From: Lytechinus pictus | Taxonomy: Eukaryota | NCBI RefSeq assembly: GCF_037042905.1 | Contig: NC_087263.1 | Span: forward strand, 7,814,001 to 7,878,000 | Reading direction: 5' to 3' | Length of the DNA stretch: 64,000 nucleotides | Part shown: positions 52,183 to 64,000 of the stretch, in pieces | Position numbering within the stretch: the stretch's first letter is position 1 | Layout of the letters: each line of letters starts with the position of its first letter | The notes under the pieces: model-generated | What the model was told of the DNA's origin: nothing | The model's database searches: none | Seen by the model: only the letters and a program-made list of their open reading frames with translations | Position numbers and translations under genes: made by a program

Positions 52183-52555
52183 GAGTAAAATTCAATAATG
52201 AATTCACTTGTTTCTTTGATTATTGCTCTGAGATTCAGTGATGTGGGTAACTATTGCAGAGCGTGTGGGCTAGCGGTATCGTTGTGTGTGTTATCTTCAC
52301 AGAAGAGTGGAAACTGAGTGTATGTTGGTAATTTGTCAACGAAGCGGGCGTTTAATGTGTGCATGTGTGTGTTTGGGGGTGTTTGTGAGATTGGGGATGT
52401 GTGTGGGGGTGAGGGTGCGTATGTGAGTGTCGGTGTATGAATGTGCCAGATGGCGAGGGTGTGTGTTAGTGCGTGTATGATACTGTGTGTTGCGTAAGGG
52501 TATGGTGCGCGGTGTATGTGGGGGTGCTGAATAAGGTCTAAATTCAGGGGCGGAT

Positions 52556-55500
52556 TGTTGCACCCACAAATGTAATAACGCCCACAAATGTAATAACACT
52601 TTACCCACAAATGTAATAACGCCCACAAATGTAATAACACTTTACCCACAAATGTAATAATTTCACCCACAAATGTAATAATGCACTTTACCCACAAATG
52701 TAATAATTTTTGATCGCCCACAAATGTAATAATGACTTTACCCACAAATGTAATAAATTTGAAGGGATTTTTGGCGAATCCGTTCTAAACTAAAATCCTA
52801 TAGTAATACGTTCATATAGCACAAAAGTGCAAAGTCTTTTTTCCAGACCCGGTTAATTCCAAAATTGTAATATAAGTCCAAAGTCTTTTTTCCAGACCCT
52901 GTTGTTTCAAAAATTATAATATTAGTCCAAAGTCTTTTTTTCCAGACCCGGTTGTTTCAAAAATTATAATATAAGTCCAAAGTCTTTTTTTCCAGACCCG
53001 GTTATTAAAAAAATTATAATATAAGTCCAAACTAAGATACGATAATGATATTCCAGTGGAATAAAAATGAAAATCAAGTTTAGTCTTTTCTTCAGACCCA
53101 GTAAATTAAAACTGGTGGAATTGATGTCTTTGTTGTTCTTTTAACTTATACGGCGCAAATTGAGAATATATGCTTTAAGAGTAAATTGGGAATCAAGCGT
53201 AGTCTTTTCTCCAGACCCAGTTATTTAAAACTAAAAACTAAAACCCTATAGTAATGCATTCATATAGCACAAAAGTGCAAAGTCTTTTTTCCAGACCCGG
53301 TTAATTCAAATTCTATAATATAAGTCCAAAGTCTTTTTTTCCAGACCTGGTAGTTTCAAAAATCATAATATAAGCCTTAAGACTTTTTCCAGACCCGGTT
53401 ATTAAAAAAATTATAATATAAGTCCAAACTAAGATACGATAATGATATTCCAGTGGAATAAAAATGAAAATCGAGCTTAGTCTTTTTACCAGACCCAGTT
53501 AATTAAAACTGTTGGAATTGATGTCTTTGTTGTTGTTTTAACTTATACGGCGCGTATTGAGAATATATGCTTTAAGAGTAAATTGAGAATCTAGTCTTTT
53601 CTCCAGACCCAGTTACTTAAAACTAAAAACTAAAACCCTATAGTAATGCATTCATATAGCACAAAAGTGCAAAGTCTTTTTTCCAGACCCGGTTAATTCC
53701 AATATTATAATATAAGTCCAAAGTCTTTTTCCAGACCCGGTTGTTTCAAAAATCATAATATAAGCCTAAAGACATTTTTCCAGACCCTGGTTATTTCAAA
53801 AATTATAATATAATTAAAAAAGCTTTTTTCAAGACCCGGTTATTTAGTCCAAAATAAAATACCATAATGATATTCCAGTGGAATAAAAATGAATATCGAG
53901 CTTAGTCTTTTCTCCAAACCCTGTTATTCCAAAATTATAAATAACAATACAACAAAAACAGTATAAAGACCCCATTAGCGTAGTCTTTCAGCCAGACCCA
54001 GTATTTTTTTTCTTCAAAATAACGCTAATAATATTAATTAAAAAAACTCAAAATCTAAGACCAAACAATCCTTCAACCTAAGAACCTGTTTTAGAAAGAG
54101 GTTTCGAGCGTTGTCTTTATTCCAGACTTAATCATTAAAAAAATTACGAAAACAAATCTTCTAATGTAAGACCCTATCATATTCTTATTCTTGTGAAATA
54201 ACACAAGTTTTAAAACGTACTCTTTCCTCCAGACCCGGTTATTTAAAAAATGTAATAAAAAAACTTCAAAGCTAAGACCAATCTTCAAAAGTTAACCCAG
54301 TAAAAAAATATGTCTTTATAATACTAAGACCCCTACAAAACATTGTAATAATGCATGGGTAAAGCAAACATCCTTTCTCCAGACTTGGTTATTATTTGAA
54401 AAAATAAAATAGTTTTTACAAATATTCTAAAACGAATACCCAATAATCTAATAACTGTTTGAATAACATGAAGATCGATTGTAGACTTTTCTCCAGACAC
54501 ACTTATTTCAAGAATAACAAAGCAATAAAACCCAACCCCCAACAACGAATCTAAGAACCAACAATCCTCCAAATTAAGACCATGTGGAAAAGCACATGTT
54601 TAGAGCGTTGTCTTTATTCCAGAACCAGTCATTTATAAAATAATTTAAACAATCTTAAAAACATAATACTTTGTCATATCCTTATTCTTGTGGAATAACA
54701 CGAGTATTATGCTTAGTCTTCCATCTAGACCCGGTTATTTAAACGATAAACAAATATTGAAAAAAAAAATCAAAGCTAAGACCAATCTTCAAAATTAAAC
54801 CCAGTTAAAATGTTTGGGTTTAGAGTGTTGTCTTTACCCCACACCCAGTTGTCTTAAAAATACAAATTAAGCGAAATATTAATCTTAAAACTTAGACCCC
54901 AGCATCTTCCAAACTATAAAAAACCCTGTGATAACGCATACCACAAAAAAGACAAATTAATCATAGGCGTAAATATTCATATCTGAATGATACGCGCCTT
55001 AAAACCCAAGATAACATCAACAACAACAACCACAACGTTATTCTACATCAATGATATTGTGAGGTCTTTGTTTAATAATAATATTGTTTGTTTTTATTGT
55101 TTCTTATAATTTCCTATTTTGAAATAACTGGGTCTAGAGCAAAGACTACACCATATTTCCATGCTATTCAATGTTGATAAGATTGCAGGGTCTTTGTTTT
55201 GTTGTTGTGTTTTTAATAAATTTTATAACTGGGTCTGGAGGAAAGACTACGCTATATTTTCATGTTATTCAACATAAATAGGATCGTGGGCCTAATTCGT
55301 TTGTTTTTTTATTATTATTAATCTATTATTATTATTCATCATTTTTTATTTGAAAGATATGGGTCTGGATGAAAGACTACGCTATATTTCCATGTTATTT
55401 AAAATTCATAAGGTATTGGGGGTTTTTGTTACTTGTTGACTCTTTAAAAATGATTTGTAATTTTGAAATAAGTGGGTCTGGAGGGAAGACTACGCTATGT

Positions 55501-58268
55501 TTCCATGTTATTCAACATCAATAAAATTGTGGGGCCTTTGTTTTATTATCATTATATATCTTTTTATGATTTGATATTTTAAAATAACTGGGTCATGAAG
55601 AAAGACTAGGTTATATTTTAAAGTTATTCAACATCAATGAGATTGTGGGGTCTTTGTTAATATTGTTCTATGATTTGTTATTTTGAAATAACCGGGGTTG
55701 GAACAAAGACTACACCATATTTCGATGCTATTCAATGTTGAAAAGATTGTGGCGTCTGTTTTCGGTTGTTGTGGTTTTGTTTTTGAATGATTATTTTATA
55801 ACTGGGTGTGGAGGAAAGACTATGCTATATTTACATTTTGTTCAACATTAACAAGATCGTGGGGTCTTTGTTTTTTTTTATAATTATTATTTATTATTTT
55901 TTATTTGCTATTTGAAATATTTGGGTCTGGAGGAAAGACTACGCTAAACTTCTATGTTATTCAACATTAAGAAGAATTGATTTTGGGATCTTTATTTGGA
56001 AGATTGTTAAAATGTTTTATATAACCAGGTCTGGGGAAAAAAGACTGACTTTGCGCTATATGAACGCATTACTATAGGGTTTCAGTTTAAAACAGATTCG
56101 CCAAAAATCCCTTCAAATTTATAACATTTGTGGGTAAAGTCATTACATTTGTGGGCGATCAAAAATTATTACATTTGTGGGTAGAGTGCATTATTACATT
56201 TGTGGGTGAAATTATTACATTTGTGCGTAAAGGGTTTTAGTTTTTAGTTTTAAGGACGTTCCACAGTTATGTTTGTGCGCATTATGATCTGCGCATAGTT
56301 TACACTCCGCGCACTGACGTCACAATGGATGAACATGTGATTAATTAGCTGCGGGTATGAGCTGATTTTTCTCATCTTCTGCACTTTAACTGCAGATCCG
56401 ATGCGTTATTTCATGAAGCTAACAAATTGAATAGTTCCATGGACCATTCAAAAAAAATTCTCTACAATTTCAAAATACTTTACTCTGCAGTGCTGCCAAG
56501 AATCACGAATATTATCCCAAGTTTGAATAAATGGTAGAGTGGTTTTGACTTTTTCTTCACATAGATACAAAGTGTTCGGCGCATTTTTGGTGTTTTAAAA
56601 GGCACATTTGCTCTAATAAAAATGCTAATAATTAAAAAACAAGCACATGAACCCCTATTTTTTAATGCTTGTACCTCTTAGGTATACCTTCCTCTACAAC
56701 ATTGCAAATTTTGGTGAAAATGACATGGATTTTGAATAAAGTGCAGCAGTTATTGTACTTTTGTAGTTTGTTACTGAAATTTCACATTTCTTAGTTTGGG
56801 ATTTGGTTATCTTTTACACCATTTTTAAAATTGACAGTGCTGTTAAACTTAAAATTTCAAACAAATAGCACTATAAATAGATTCTCCATTCTAACAATAC
56901 AATTATTAACTCACTTGCGAAATTTGATGACTTTTTCATGTAGTTTGACCGAGTAATAAAGGTTTAAACTCATTGTAGTAATCCTGGGTTGTCTAAAAAT
57001 GCCAAATTCTTTTGAATGCGCAATTCTTAAGAACATTAATTTGGCTGAACTTTGAAGCTCTGTAGCAAAAAACCAAGCACATGGACCTGTGTTAATTTTT
57101 GCATATTTCGAATTTTAAGGTTCTAAAGTATCTATGTGCAAAGTTTGGTGAAAATGACATGGATTTCACTTTAACTGTGGAACGTCCTTAAGTAACCGGG
57201 TCTGGAGAAAAGACTATGCTTGATTCTCAATTTACTCTTAGCGCATATATTCAAAATACGCGCCGTATAAGTTAAAACAACAACAAAGACATTTATTCCA
57301 CCAGTATTAATTAACTGGGTCTGGAGAAAATACTAAGCTCGATTCTTAATTTTATTCCACTGGAATATCATTATCGAATCTTAGTTTGGACTTATATTAT
57401 AATTTTTTAAACAACCGGGTCTGGAAAAAAGACTTTGGACTTATATAATGATTTTTTTAAACAACCGGGTCTGGAAAAAAGACTTTGGACTTAAATTATA
57501 ATTTTTGAATTAACCGGGTCTGGAAAAAAGACTGCACTTTTGTGCTATATGAACGCATTACTATAGGGATTTAGTTTCTAGCTACCGGGTCTGGAGAAAA
57601 GACTATGCTTGATTCTCACTTTACTCTTAGCGCATATGTTTACAATACGCGCCGTATAAGTTAAAATAACAACAAAGACATTTATACCACCAGTTTTAAT
57701 TAACTGGGTCTGGAGAAAAGACTAAATTCGATTCTCATTTTTATTCCACTGGAATATCATTATCGTATCTAAGTTTGGACTTATATTATAACTTTTTTAA
57801 TAACCGGGTCTGGTAAAAAGACTTTGGACTTCTTTTATTATAATTTTTGAAACAACCGGGTCTGGAAAAAAGACTTTGGACTTTATTATAATTTTTTTAA
57901 ACAACCGGGTCTGGAAAAAGACTTTGGACTTATATTATAATTTTGGAATTAACCGGGTCTGGAAAAAAGACTTTGCACTTTTGTGCTATATGAACGTATT
58001 ACTATAGGATTTTAGTTTAGAACGGATTCGCCAAAAATCCCTTCAAATTTATTACATTTGTGGGTAAAGTCATTATTACATTTGTGGGCGATCAAAAATT
58101 ATTACATTTGTGGGTAAAGCACATTATTACATTTGTGGGTGAAATTATTACATTTGTGGGTAAAGTGTTATTACATTTGTGGGCGTTATTACATTTGTGG
58201 GTAAAGTGTTATTACATTTGTGGGCGTTATTACATTTGTGGGCGATTATTACATTTGTGGGTGTAACA
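52556..58268. mobile_element. 5.7 kb foldback element with modular tandem-repeat arms
   Basis: TGTTGCACCCACAAATG ... CATTTGTGGGTGTAACA; 5-bp TSD CGGAT; outer CCCACAAATGTAATAA repeats, inner TCCAGACCCGGTT repeats. Confidence 0.9.
56254..57187. mobile_element. TTAA-specific (Kolobok-like) element family C, copy 2, nested in the foldback
   Basis: Full-length homolog of 7469-8410 with TTAA on both sides. Confidence 0.88.
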
Positions 58269-60848
58269 CGGATCCATCTTTCACAAATGGGGGGGGGGGG
58301 GGCGAAAAAAAATTTCACCCATATTTTCCCCAATCAGCCACTAAAAGATGATTTTTGTTTGTTTCTTCGTAATAGTCACTTATTTTCTTTATTCTTATAA
58401 AACATAGTAATCTCATAAGCCATATTTAAAAAGTGCGAGCGCGAAGCGCGAGCTACTTGTTAAGAAATTTCATGTATCTTGTCCTGAAAATCGAACATTC
58501 TGTGCAATGTTTGTGATCCTGAACAAAATGCGTATATAACTAATCGAAAAGGGACCTGTTGAAGACTGTTTTTAGTTAGCCATAAAGCGATACGTATTCA
58601 ATAATCAAATAAGGCGAGGGGACGCGCGAGCTGAAAATGTTTTACATTCCAACCTAAAAAATTGATATTCTAAGCATATTTTTTAATCATGGGCAGGATA
58701 GGCATATAACTAAACAATGCGAGCGCGAAGCGTGAGCGGAAAAAAAGATATAGACCTAAAAAAACGGGTCACTCTATTCATGTTTTGTAAATCATAAAAA
58801 ATGGGTAATTGGGTATCCTAAATCAATAATGTGAGCGCGAAGTGCGAGCAGAAAATTTAGTCTGAAACTGGATAATTTAAGCATGTTTTAAAAAAAGAAC
58901 AAGCTGTGTATCTCATGTGATCATGCATGCATGTGTTTAGGATTCAGACCTAGTATTTGGGCATTCTAAATATATTTTTATCATGAAAATCAATGTGATC
59001 GTGGAGCGCGAGCTGAAAATATTTGATATTCCTATCTGGAAAAGGGGTCAATTTAAGCACTAATTTAAGCAATGTGTAGGAAAATTGTGAAGTGGATATT
59101 ATGGATCGCTCTTAATAAATGACGTGAGCGCGAAGCGCAAGCTGATATTTTTATTATTTTCATTTTGACCTAGGACCTGGAAATTCTAAGGACATTTTGT
59201 CATATGAAAATGATGACTTTCTTCTATATCTCTTCTTAAGCGCGAGATATTCCATTCTGAAAAAAGGGACAATATGATTATTAGGAATTTATGAAAATGT
59301 TATTTTTTTATTTATTAATCTAATAATCCTAATGACAGCCCGACATTTGTTGATATCAATTCCTGAAAACTGGATAGTTTAAGCACTTTTGTAATTATGA
59401 ATAGGACGCATGGGTTAATATATTTTTAACAAATTAATGAGAGCGCAAATCGCGATGTCATGAAAAGGGGATTTTAAGTAGTTTGTTAGAGAGTTGCTTA
59501 TTATTATAGAGGAAATAAATGAGGTATACATCACTCACCAATCAAAATGCGAGCGCGCAGCGCTGGCGGATAGGTTTTGACAATCAAACCTGAAAAGGGA
59601 AATTTTGATAACTTTATGGAATACACAAAGAGAATAGGTACCTGACAAATCAAATGACGCAAGCACGCAGCGAGCTGAAAATATTGATACTGAGACAATA
59701 AAACGGACATTTTACATAACACTTTTTGTAAATCAATTTATAAATCAAGCAAAATAATGAAAGCTCGATGTAGGAGCTGAAATATATTTTTTTATATTGA
59801 CTTCAAAACTTGATATTTTAAGCTCCATATCAGCCTATTGAGGAAGAATCTCATGTAGCCCTATTTCATGAAACATGCAATACAAACGTGAAGCGCGAGC
59901 GAAAATTTCATATAGTGACATGAAATGTTTTTTATTTTATTTTCCAAGTCGTCCCCTTACCTTATCTTATTCATTCTTCTTCATCCTCTTATTTTCTCCT
60001 CTCTTTTCTTCTTAAAAAAAAAAATGCCTTCCCCCTTTTTTTGCTCCGCCAATAGGGAGTCCCAGGCACCTTGGGCCCTCTGGATCCGCCTAAGTAAAGG
60101 CCCGTTTACACCGCATCCGGCACGGCGACCGTGCACGGCACCACGGCACTCCGGCACGGCAAAAAAAAATCGATCCCCACTAAATCCTATGAAACTGTTT
60201 CCACTTCAACGGTGCCGTGCCGTATTGTACAACACGGCGTAATTTGCCGGATTTGCAGATCGATCAGCAAGCCATTTTCAGAGCACGGCACACGGTTTTT
60301 TCACTTCTGGCCAATCACAGTCCAGATAAATTACGTCATTGCCCACATATTTTCTGATCAAGCGACAAATCGCCTGCGGTGATAGTCTATGGGAGTTTAC
60401 GTGTTAAATGCAAAATCGCACATACACGTAGGTCTACGTGTATTACCTGCTGAAGAGAGGTGACTGAAGGAGGACTTGATCTTGCAATTCTTGGTCTGGT
60501 AAGCAACTAATTAAGAACAAGTGTCATTTCGCATACTGTAGAACCGAGCCCCAGAAAGTAGAGCACAAGAAAATAAGGCCAAATAATATAAGGCCGGAAA
60601 TAATAATCTGGGATAGGGCCTAGCCCTAGGCTAGGGCCTAACGTTACAAAAAAATTATGATCTAACGAAGATCTAACGTAAGTTAGCTTAGACTCGGTCT
60701 AACAAGATAGGCCTATATATAATTTAGATAGGCTAGATGTTTATCCTAGCTTAAGTTACATCTAGATCTAACGTTAGACCTCATGTTAGACTCGATAATC
60801 AATTAGACTGGCCTAACGTAATTACTAAATAAAGAAAGTTAGACTTAA

Positions 60849-61301
60849 AGATAAATGAAAGTACTCAGTAGTTGCATGCAGGAAACACTGATTTCACGAG
60901 AAAGTGTGTAAAACCGAGCTTAATTAATAATTGTCACTATAATCTATATTATCGAGGATCTAGATCTGGTATAACGTTAGTGGTACAGTTACATGAACTG
61001 AACTTTGTGAAATCTTGAAATCTACGCTGAAAAATGTTCATAGTCATACTGAAGATCACCAACACAGATAAGCGCACGTGGGACAGTGTACTATTAAAAA
61101 GTATTGCTTTAAATGTCGGCCCGACGCTTGACCCAAATCCCGTGCTTATTTGCTAATTTCTCAGCAATTACACAATTTCTTCCGGAATCCTTTGGCACAT
61201 ATTTTTTATATATACAAACAGACACTTTGGTGGTCATTTCATTGGATTCTGTAGACTGTACGAACTCATTTTGAAATCGTTACCACAACTGGCATTTATC
61301 T
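60849..61301 (-). mobile_element. Kolobok-like MITE family B, diverged copy 3
   Basis: Reverse complement of 11061-11455 with several small insertions; TTAA flanks. Confidence 0.78.
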
Positions 61302-62844
61302 TTAACTTAGAGTCTAACTAACAGTAACATTAGGCCTAGGCCTAACGTTACATATAGTTAGATCTAACGTTAGGTAGACCTATAAGTAACGTTAACAAAA
61401 GTTAGACTGGTTGTTGGTCTAACGTTAGGCCTCAGTAGTCTAGAGTCTACACATAGGTCTAACGTTAGTAACATAGTAGTACATGTAAGTTAGACCTCTG
61501 AACGAATATGATGAATTCCGGGATGAATTATTAAGATATAGACTAGCCTAGCCTAGTACTTAGTAGTAGTACTTTAGTTTTAGTAGTAGGGTCTATAATA
61601 GATGAGAGCTAGGCACTGAGTCGTTTTGTCAGCAGCAAGAGTGGCAGATAGGACTAGATGGTGACAAGGAATTAATAAGAGGGGATCTGGAGTGGTGAAA
61701 CTTTGGTAGCCTGAACTGAAAGAAGTTAGACCGATTGCTCAGTTTGACCATATTTTTGTGGGACCCTCTGGTCGATCTGTTCTAGATCGAAACAAATGGT
61801 GGAAAGTAGATCTAGACCCTAGTAGGAATTTTGGAGTCCTAGGCTAAGGAGTAAGGCTAACTTAATTATTTCCCACAAACTCTCTGGAAAAGACTAGGCA
61901 TACGAATAAATAATGTAAAAACCTAGACTCTAAATCCTCCCCATATGACGTCATAGGCTTAGCTAATTAACGTTAGACCTTGTTTTCATTGAAATATAGA
62001 GTCTAGGCCTAGTCACTAAATTTAGGCTACTATAATTTTGGAGAGAACTTGCATTAAAAAAATTTATCGTTTCTAGTTTGTCAAAAATTGTCAGTCTGTT
62101 ATTATGTAAAGGATTTTTAAATGAGCGCACTTTCCTTTATCCAGGGGCAGCTCAATCGTGGGGTGATGGGAAGGGGTTTGGGTTGGCACTGGCTTGTCCG
62201 AAATAGAAATCCCCCAGAACAAAAGTGACCCTTTTTCAATATGAAATATGTCCTTTGTGTGCTGGCATAACTTTTAAATCTGCACATTTCTGTTCCAAAA
62301 TTTGATTGCTTTATTTGTGTAATTTCATTCTTTTTTCATTGGTTTATTTTTTTTATTTAGTATTATTATTAATTTTTTTTTTGGGGGGTGAAGTGATTGG
62401 GTACGTATATTATACAGAGAAGACATAATTTGCTGACATTTTATTCAACAAACATTTCATCCCAAAAAAAACATTATATGGCTTAGCTTATAGGCTCTCA
62501 TGGAGGCAAAAAATTGTGCCTCTATCTTTTTTTTTCTTAACATGACCCTATGTTTACATGTACTTTTCAAATGATAAAAAATTATTATTTCAAGCTCTTG
62601 AAGGAATTTCTAGACGATCACTTTTCTCTACAACTAAGCAAATCATTTCAATTAGGAGAATTTCTATTTGTGCATTATAAAAATAGGACCCTGATCAGCA
62701 AGCCTGCCAGTTACAATGTAAATGTAAGAAATTGCTGATTGGGCACTGGCCTTTCACTAATCGCTTTTGCAATTCTTTAAACCTTTATTATTATTATTTG
62801 CTAACAAAATTTATATGGAATGTGTTGCATGACAGATAACCAAC

Positions 62845-63695
62845 ATGGAGGAAGCCCTTATCCTAGAAGTGTAGGAAAATCCAATCCTGTATGACAAGAT
62901 ATTGGAGATGTTCAAGGATACAGAAGTAAAAAAATGATCTATGACATGACATTGGGCGTCAGCTTGTAATCTCAGGTTGGTATCATTTTACGTCATATTA
63001 ATTTTTCTCAAACTTCACGATTTTTTCACTATCAATTTGAAGAAAAATATTGAACAATGTAAAAGAGTTATATTTGTATGTGGATGTTTGAAAGCAAATC
63101 AAGTTCACAATCTAACAACTGTAGCTAACTTCTGGTTGTTGTAATTCAATGAATACCAATGGTAAGTTTTGGTCATTATGGCCATTTTTAAAATTGTTTG
63201 CACATGTGTAAAATAGTCTAGTGTTTTAAAAAAAAAATGAAATGAGACACAAGAGCAAGGGTATGTAAATGCAGAAAGAGACCTTGCTTTGTGATGTGGA
63301 CCAAAAACTATATACCAACCCCACCTCTCAAATACATAATATAAATATCACGTCACTTTTACAAGAAAAAAAAAATGGAGGCAAAGTTCTTTACTATCAA
63401 AAGCATGTTGTCCAATTTCACATTGAAATATTTCGGGGGGGGGGGGGGAGTGGGTAGGGCTTGAAATGAGTCATAAACAGAAATGAAAATTTTCAGAGGT
63501 TATAGGAATTAGATTTCGTGTTGTTTTTTTCATTATTTTAAGGTGACGTAGCGAGTTGAGGGACAACTTCCTAAAAAACGACAGAAATGGAGAGGAAGAG
63601 TGGTGACGGAACTCCCTCAAATGCAGCACGTAAATACAAGTACAGTGATCGAGGCAATGGAATTCCTACTTCGATCCCCACATACATTATCGAGA
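62845..63695 (+). pseudogene. Decayed MADF (Myb/SANT-like) DNA-binding gene, Harbinger ORF type; two exons 62845-62975 and 63543-63695
   Basis: MEEALILEV*ENPILYDK...FKDTEVKK, then across frameshifts LRDNFLK...RKSGDG...KYKY...AMEFL; in-frame stop and frameshifts; GT/AG sites present. Confidence 0.72.
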
Positions 63696-64000
63696 GTAAG
63701 ATATTCAATATTTTGTTTTCTTATCCCAGGGAAGAGAGAATATGTGTATATCAATTTGAATTCATGCAAAGAAATTTATTTTATAAATATGAATTCTGAT
63801 ATTGTGCTGCACTTAACCCAGGTTTAGTTTCTGGGTTCTGACAGGAATTCCTTGCAACAGGAAACGGTCGGGCAACAGCTATGGTATTAATTTGCACTTT
63901 GTGCACTCTGCCGGGTGGATATGAGCGCTGTCATACAAACTATACAAATCATTTTGAATTATACATTGATGATTGGATCATTCTCTCATGTTTACATTAA

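Larger units (their letters stand above)
52545..60094. mobile_element. hAT-like host element (CAGGGGCGGATCC ... GGATCCGCC) split by the foldback element
   Basis: Left TIR reconstitutes across the insertion; body 58270-60094 has many GCGAGCGCGAAGCGCGAGC repeats. Confidence 0.65.
60098..64000 (+). mobile_element. PIF/Harbinger-like DNA transposon, left part, decayed
   Basis: TAA then AGGCCCGTTTACAC terminus with subterminal GGCACGGC repeats; MADF pseudogene inside; right end not seen. Confidence 0.6.

Noticed and set aside
52251..58400. Repetitive ORFs (IITFVGK / LLHLW)
   Set aside because: Translations of the foldback terminal tandem repeats.

Overview
Eukaryotic, intron-rich, AT-rich animal genomic DNA. 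A marine invertebrate such as a sea urchin is inferred from repeat style only and is not proven. Two spliced protein-coding genes can be built by hand. (1) Minus strand: an RBM28/NOP4-like four-RRM nucleolar protein, 12 coding exons from ATG 22281 down to 958 (543 codons), continuing off the left edge, with one GC-AG intron. (2) Plus strand: a secreted proteinase K/aqualysin-type subtilase (S8A with I9 prodomain), 8 coding exons 37960-52081, about 375 aa, intact D/H/S triad, but with no usable canonical donor after coding exon 3. A decayed Harbinger-type element carrying a MADF pseudogene starts at about 60098. The rest is a dense, often nested set of non-autonomous DNA transposons (hAT-, Kolobok-, piggyBac-, Harbinger-, AcademH- and CMC-like), tRNA-derived SINEs, a 5.7 kb foldback element and a complex AGT-microsatellite array. 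Most unusual observations: paired repeat copies show de novo gain of TA-flanked palindromes (TACATGTA in RBM28 introns, TAACGTTA-type near 60.6-62 kb) that look like transposon excision footprints, and Penelope-type minimal hammerhead-like motifs lie in introns of both genes. All coordinates and alignments were read by eye; TE superfamily names rest on termini/TSD rules only.
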